This document shows, one piece after another, positions 33,828-37,665 of a DNA stretch of 37,665 nucleotides (position 1 is its first letter; every line of letters begins with the position of its first letter). A program made the position numbers and the translations under genes. The stretch is taken from the sequence record SRR31156797_11979; one strand, written 5' to 3'. The notes beneath the pieces are model-generated. The model searched no databases. It was not told the DNA's origin and worked only from the letters and a program-made list of their open reading frames with translations.

Positions 33828-34817
33828 ATGCGGGAACAAAGCACAGTTGAGATGGGTAATATTCACCATGCGTTCATGGGTCCGGAAGAGATGGTCATTG
33901 ATCCTTCACTATATTCTGACAGTCCGTTGCTTACGGATGTGGAGCGCATGAGCGATCCTTCAGTCAGGATTTCCGATTCCATGATCATGGGCATGGTACT
34001 CAAATTTTTTTATTGCTACGTGCATAAGGGCGGTTTTGATAAACCAGTTTCCCTTGAGGAAGTTAGCAAGCTGTGTGAAATGTTCAGCCGCCATCGCAGT
34101 CTCAATGAACCTGATGATGATATTGAGCTGATGAATTACCTGCGTCAGTGGTCTTTTTCCCTGCGTATGCTCGCGGATATTACCAAGACCAGCCATATTA
34201 TCCGTTCCATCGTGACTCAGAATATTTCTCCTAAACTTCTTGAGCAGGATGAATATGTTGGTCTTGATATAGGAACCGGAACCGGAATTTTGCTTCTTGC
34301 CCAGCACATCCATGCCCGTCGCAATGGTTTCAAGAACATCACACTCTACGGCATTGAATACGATAAGATGGTAGGATTGCAGAGCTATAAGATTTTCAAG
34401 GAATTGGGCATTGCCGAAATTATCCTTGGCGATGCACGGGATGCCAAGAATTACGCACCGCTGACCAACAAGGTTGTTACCTTTGTCTCCAACGAAACTG
34501 TGGCTGCTATGCATCAGCCCCTGCGTCGCGAACATTTTGTTTCCATCTGCAAGACGTTGTTCCGCACTCTTGGTAAGAATATTAAGGATGCCGCCTTCTT
34601 CCCAGAAGGGCTGATCGCCTTCTGCAAGGATTTGAATGTTTCCGTACTGCTGGCTAAAAATACTGCTTTTCAGGGGCCTAAGGAATATCATGATATGAAT
34701 TTGTTTCCGCAAGGCATCATAATCGAAGGAAATATCGTACCCCTGCATCAGCTTGGCGAAGAACTTCTGCCCTACCTCTCCGAGTGGGCACAGCGCCGGT
34801 TGCCGCGTAGGTGGTAG
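33828..34817 (+). CDS. Putative class I SAM-dependent methyltransferase (PRMT-like motif order)
   Basis: AAGGAG RBS before ATG 33828; LDIGTGTGIL, LYGIE, ILGDAR, VSNETV...RE, FFPEG. Confidence 0.7.
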   Translation: MREQSTVEMGNIHHAFMGPEEMVIDPSLYSDSPLLTDVERMSDPSVRISDSMIMGMVLKFFYCYVHKGGFDKPVSLEEVSKLCEMFSRHRSLNEPDDDIELMNYLRQWSFSLRMLADITKTSHIIRSIVTQNISPKLLEQDEYVGLDIGTGTGILLLAQHIHARRNGFKNITLYGIEYDKMVGLQSYKIFKELGIAEIILGDARDAKNYAPLTNKVVTFVSNETVAAMHQPLRREHFVSICKTLFRTLGKNIKDAAFFPEGLIAFCKDLNVSVLLAKNTAFQGPKEYHDMNLFPQGIIIEGNIVPLHQLGEELLPYLSEWAQRRLPRRW

Positions 34818-34878
34818 ATGGAAGATTTTTCCTGCACAACATAAGCCTTTACACAGCATCATAATTATACGATTATCC

Positions 34879-34907
34879 GCGCGCCTCGCAAGGGGCGCGC
34901 TTTTTTT
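34879..34907 (+). terminator. Rho-independent terminator with GCAA tetraloop
   Basis: gcgcgcctc-gcaa-ggggcgcgc followed by T7. Confidence 0.8.
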
Positions 34908-34943
34908 GTATATTTATATGGATTTTATTTTTCTCTAATCGTT

Positions 34944-36260
34944 ATGGAGTCTTGCTTGAGTTTCGACCAGTTTAAATTTGATATGCGCCTTGTCTCGGGT
35001 ATTCGCAGTGCCGGGTATGAAATTCCCACCCCTGTGCAGTTGAAGACTATTCCATCCGTGCTTCAGGGGCGCGATGTCATGGGCCTGGCCCAGACCGGGA
35101 CGGGCAAGACTGCTGCTTTCGCGCTGCCTGTGCTGCAGCGTTTGCTTGATCAAGAAGCCCCAAAACGCGGCCCGGTTCGGGTGTTGATACTTTCACCCAC
35201 CCGTGAGCTGGCTATGCAGACTCATGAAACATTCATTGAACTGGGCAGGCAAACCGGAATCCGCAGTGCTGCTGTCTATGGTGGCGCTGGCATCGGCAAG
35301 CAGGCCAAAGAGGTCAAGAAGGCTGCCGTAGTCAATGCCACTCCCGGAAGGCTGCTGGACCTGCTGGAGCGCGGTGAAATAGATCTTTCCCATGTGGATA
35401 CCCTTATCTTAGATGAAGCGGACCATATGCTTGATATGGGGTTCATGGATGAGGTTACCAATATTCTCGCTCAGCTTCCGGCTAAGCGGCAGAATCTAAT
35501 GTTTTCCGCCACCATGCCCGATCAAATCAGTACACTTTCCAAGACTATCCTGAATGACCCGGAAGTGGTCAGGGTGGCGGTAACGGTTAGTGCGGACGGG
35601 GTTAAGCATTTTTGTTGTCCTGTGCCTTTGCATTTGAAGCAGAATTTTCTCAAAAATTTGCTTATGGAAATTTTCTATGAGCGGGTGCTGGTTTTTGTGC
35701 GCACCAAACGCTGGGCCAGAAGGCTTGCTCAACGTCTTATAAAGGATGGGCTAACTGCTGCGGATCTGCATGGTGATCTTTCACAAAGCAAGCGTAACCG
35801 CGCCCTTGAAGGCTTTAAAAGCGGGGAATTCACCGTGCTGGTTGCCACAGACCTTGCTGCGCGGGGCATTGATTGCTCAAACGTTACCCATGTCATAAAT
35901 TACGATATGCCGGACAATGTGGAGATTTTTGTTCATCGTACCGGCAGGACCGGACGGGCTGAAGCTAAAGGCATTGCTTATACTTTTGTTGCAAATGAAG
36001 AGAAGACTCGTCTTGCTGAAATTGAAGAAGGCTTAGGATGCGGTTTGGAACTTTTTTATCTGGACCAGTTCAATTACAATGCCCCTAAGTCTGATTTTAC
36101 TTCATCCACCCCGGATAAAGAGGGGCGTAAAAAGCGTAATTCCTCAGATAAAGAGAGACGGAAAAAGCGTAATTTCTCGGATAAAGAAGGGCGTAAAAAG
36201 AGTAATTCCTCAGATAAAGAAAGACGGAAAAAGCGTAACTCCCGTTCAAAAAAGAAATAG
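34944..36260 (+). CDS. DEAD-box ATP-dependent RNA helicase (RhlE-like)
   Basis: PTPVQ, AQTGTGKT, PTRELA, TPGRL, DEAD, SAT, ARGID, HRTGRTGR; basic repeat tail. Confidence 0.95.
   Translation: MESCLSFDQFKFDMRLVSGIRSAGYEIPTPVQLKTIPSVLQGRDVMGLAQTGTGKTAAFALPVLQRLLDQEAPKRGPVRVLILSPTRELAMQTHETFIELGRQTGIRSAAVYGGAGIGKQAKEVKKAAVVNATPGRLLDLLERGEIDLSHVDTLILDEADHMLDMGFMDEVTNILAQLPAKRQNLMFSATMPDQISTLSKTILNDPEVVRVAVTVSADGVKHFCCPVPLHLKQNFLKNLLMEIFYERVLVFVRTKRWARRLAQRLIKDGLTAADLHGDLSQSKRNRALEGFKSGEFTVLVATDLAARGIDCSNVTHVINYDMPDNVEIFVHRTGRTGRAEAKGIAYTFVANEEKTRLAEIEEGLGCGLELFYLDQFNYNAPKSDFTSSTPDKEGRKKRNSSDKERRKKRNFSDKEGRKKSNSSDKERRKKRNSRSKKK
36111..36242 (+). repeat. Coding tandem repeat, 4 x 33 bp (11 aa), alternating A-B-A-B
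   Basis: PDKEGRKKRNS / SDKERRKKRNF / SDKEGRKKSNS / SDKERRKKRNS. Confidence 0.92.
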
Positions 36261-36300
36261 TTTTATATCTCCCTGCTCCATGATAAAAGGGGCGGATAAT

Positions 36301-37590
36301 ATGGACATGGTAATGAAAAAATTTTGGATCACCACCTTAGGTTGTAAGATCAACCAATATGAAAGCGAATCCGTACGCGAACGCTGGCTGCGCATGGGTT
36401 ATGAGCAGGCCGAAAGTGATGCTGAGGCCCACGAGATAATTATTAACTCCTGCGCTGTAACTGAAGCTGCGTTGCGTGATCTACGTAAGACCGTGCGGGC
36501 TATCAACCGCCGCAATCCTGAAGGCAGGATTATCATCGCCGGATGTGCAGCACAGGTTTTTGAGAAAGAACTGTTTGAACTCCCCGGAGTTGCGGACGTA
36601 ATCCCGCAGGAACGTAAATTCGAGTTGCTTAAGCTCGAAGATCAGCCTGAAAACTCTGAAGAGAATACGATTTTTCAGCCTTTTGAAATTGAAGATTACG
36701 AACGTTCAAGGGCAGTGGTTAAAGTTCAGGACGGCTGTTCCCATCGTTGTACTTATTGCATTGTCCCCATTACCAGAGGTCCGAGCGTGAGTCGTGCTGT
36801 AGATGACGTGCTTAAAGAAATTGGCCGTCTTCTTGAGGCTGGATTCCGTGAGATGATCATCAGCGGTATTAACTTAAGCCACTACGGGCGTGAGTTAGAA
36901 GAGAAGATTGATTTCTGGGACCTCATGGAGCGCATTGAAGATGAATTCGGTGCTGAGTGGGGCGGACGCGCAAGGCTGCGTATCAGCTCTCTTGAACCGG
37001 GGCAGCTTAAAGAACGGGCGTTGGAAATTTTTTCCAAGTCCGAACTGATCTGTCCGCAGCTGCATCTTTCCCTGCAAAGTGGCGACCGGCAGGTGCTAAA
37101 ACGTATGGGCAGGGGCCACTACAAGCCGGAAGATGTACTGGTCTTTCTAGATAAGCTCAAAGAAATATGGCCGGTTTTTGGGCTTGGAGCGGATATTTTG
37201 ACCGGTTTTCCAGCTGAAACCGAGGAAGAGTTTAATAATACGCTTGAATTTTGCCGTAAACTTCCTCTATCTTATGCGCACGTTTTTCCGTATTCTGTGC
37301 GTCCGGGCACCGCAGCCGCTTCCATGAAGGGGCAGTTGGACGGTCCCACCAAGAAAGAACGGGGCCGGATTTTGCGTGAATTGGTAGAAGAAAAGAAGCA
37401 GGAATTCTTGCAAAAAATTTCAGAAATGGACTCACTGAAAGTTCTTTTTCAAAATAAGAATAAGGGCATCTGTGAATTCTATTCCACCTGTATTCTGGAA
37501 AAAGGGTTCGAAAACGAAGTGCCTCGTGATTTAGTAGAAGTAAAACCCGTAGCTGCTAAAGACGGCAGCCTGACGGTAAAAATAAAATAA
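36301..37590 (+). CDS. mtaB: tRNA t6A37 methylthiotransferase MtaB (radical SAM)
   Basis: TLGCKINQYES, INSCAVT, AGCAAQ, KVQDGCSHRCTYCIVP, RISSLEP, HLSLQSG, HVFPYSVRPGT; start is one of ATG 36301, 36307 or 36313. Confidence 0.9.
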   Translation: MDMVMKKFWITTLGCKINQYESESVRERWLRMGYEQAESDAEAHEIIINSCAVTEAALRDLRKTVRAINRRNPEGRIIIAGCAAQVFEKELFELPGVADVIPQERKFELLKLEDQPENSEENTIFQPFEIEDYERSRAVVKVQDGCSHRCTYCIVPITRGPSVSRAVDDVLKEIGRLLEAGFREMIISGINLSHYGRELEEKIDFWDLMERIEDEFGAEWGGRARLRISSLEPGQLKERALEIFSKSELICPQLHLSLQSGDRQVLKRMGRGHYKPEDVLVFLDKLKEIWPVFGLGADILTGFPAETEEEFNNTLEFCRKLPLSYAHVFPYSVRPGTAAASMKGQLDGPTKKERGRILRELVEEKKQEFLQKISEMDSLKVLFQNKNKGICEFYSTCILEKGFENEVPRDLVEVKPVAAKDGSLTVKIK

Positions 37591-37600
37591 TTTAATTTAC

Positions 37601-37665
37601 CCCGGCGAAGCCTATTAAAAGTTTTTGAAGGGTCTAGAGAAACTTTTTTCAAAAAGTTTCTTTGG
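37601..37665 (+). repeat. Dispersed intergenic palindromic repeat (cut by window edge)
   Basis: cggcgaagcctattaaaagtttttgaaggg, then hairpin agaaacttttt-tc-aaaaagtttct. Confidence 0.75.

Noticed and set aside
33960..34862. 300-aa minus-strand ORF
   Set aside because: Antisense to the methyltransferase-like gene, which has the RBS and motifs
36111..36242. CRISPR array
   Set aside because: Contiguous in-frame coding repeats with no unique spacers and no cas genes
32697..36260. Exonuclease + methyltransferase + helicase as an MrfAB-type repair or anti-phage system
   Set aside because: Genes are separated by terminators; the helicase is a plain RhlE-like RNA helicase without DUF1998; the methyltransferase lacks DNA-MTase (D/N)PP(Y/F) or PC motifs
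36079..36300. N-terminal extension of mtaB overlapping the helicase tail (possible frameshift fusion)
   Set aside because: The open frame is explained by the stop-free tandem repeat; MtaB homology begins at MKKFWITTLGC

Overview
Gene-dense bacterial chromosomal window. Gene content and style suggest a sulfate-reducing Desulfovibrionaceae member, possibly Maridesulfovibrio-like (inference). In order it holds: an Fe-S protein, a FlgO-like lipoprotein with a sigma54 promoter, and purine nucleoside phosphorylase. Then come motA/motB, a PilZ protein, a divergent three-component acyl-CoA carboxylase (biotin carboxylase, fused CT alpha/beta, unusual carrier), a hypothetical protein and ssb. Next is a Lys/Arg/Orn decarboxylase with two APC transporters, a TIGR03960-type radical SAM fusion, a small Sm-like protein, tag, an OFA-family MFS transporter, pirin, a secreted PHP metallohydrolase and acs. 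The last third has a GT9 with two probable flagellar-associated proteins, a MarR-GNAT fusion, a membrane PilZ protein, an RNase H-like exonuclease, a PRMT-like methyltransferase, a DEAD-box helicase with a tandem-repeat tail, and mtaB. No tRNA, rRNA, CRISPR array, transposase or phage module was seen. Most interesting: a dispersed modular palindromic repeat family (7 copies or fragments), the non-canonical carboxylase and carrier, a MerR-type 19-bp-spacer promoter, a structured element downstream of acs, and the PRMT-like and Sm-like proteins. All calls come from reading motifs by eye; no searches were run.
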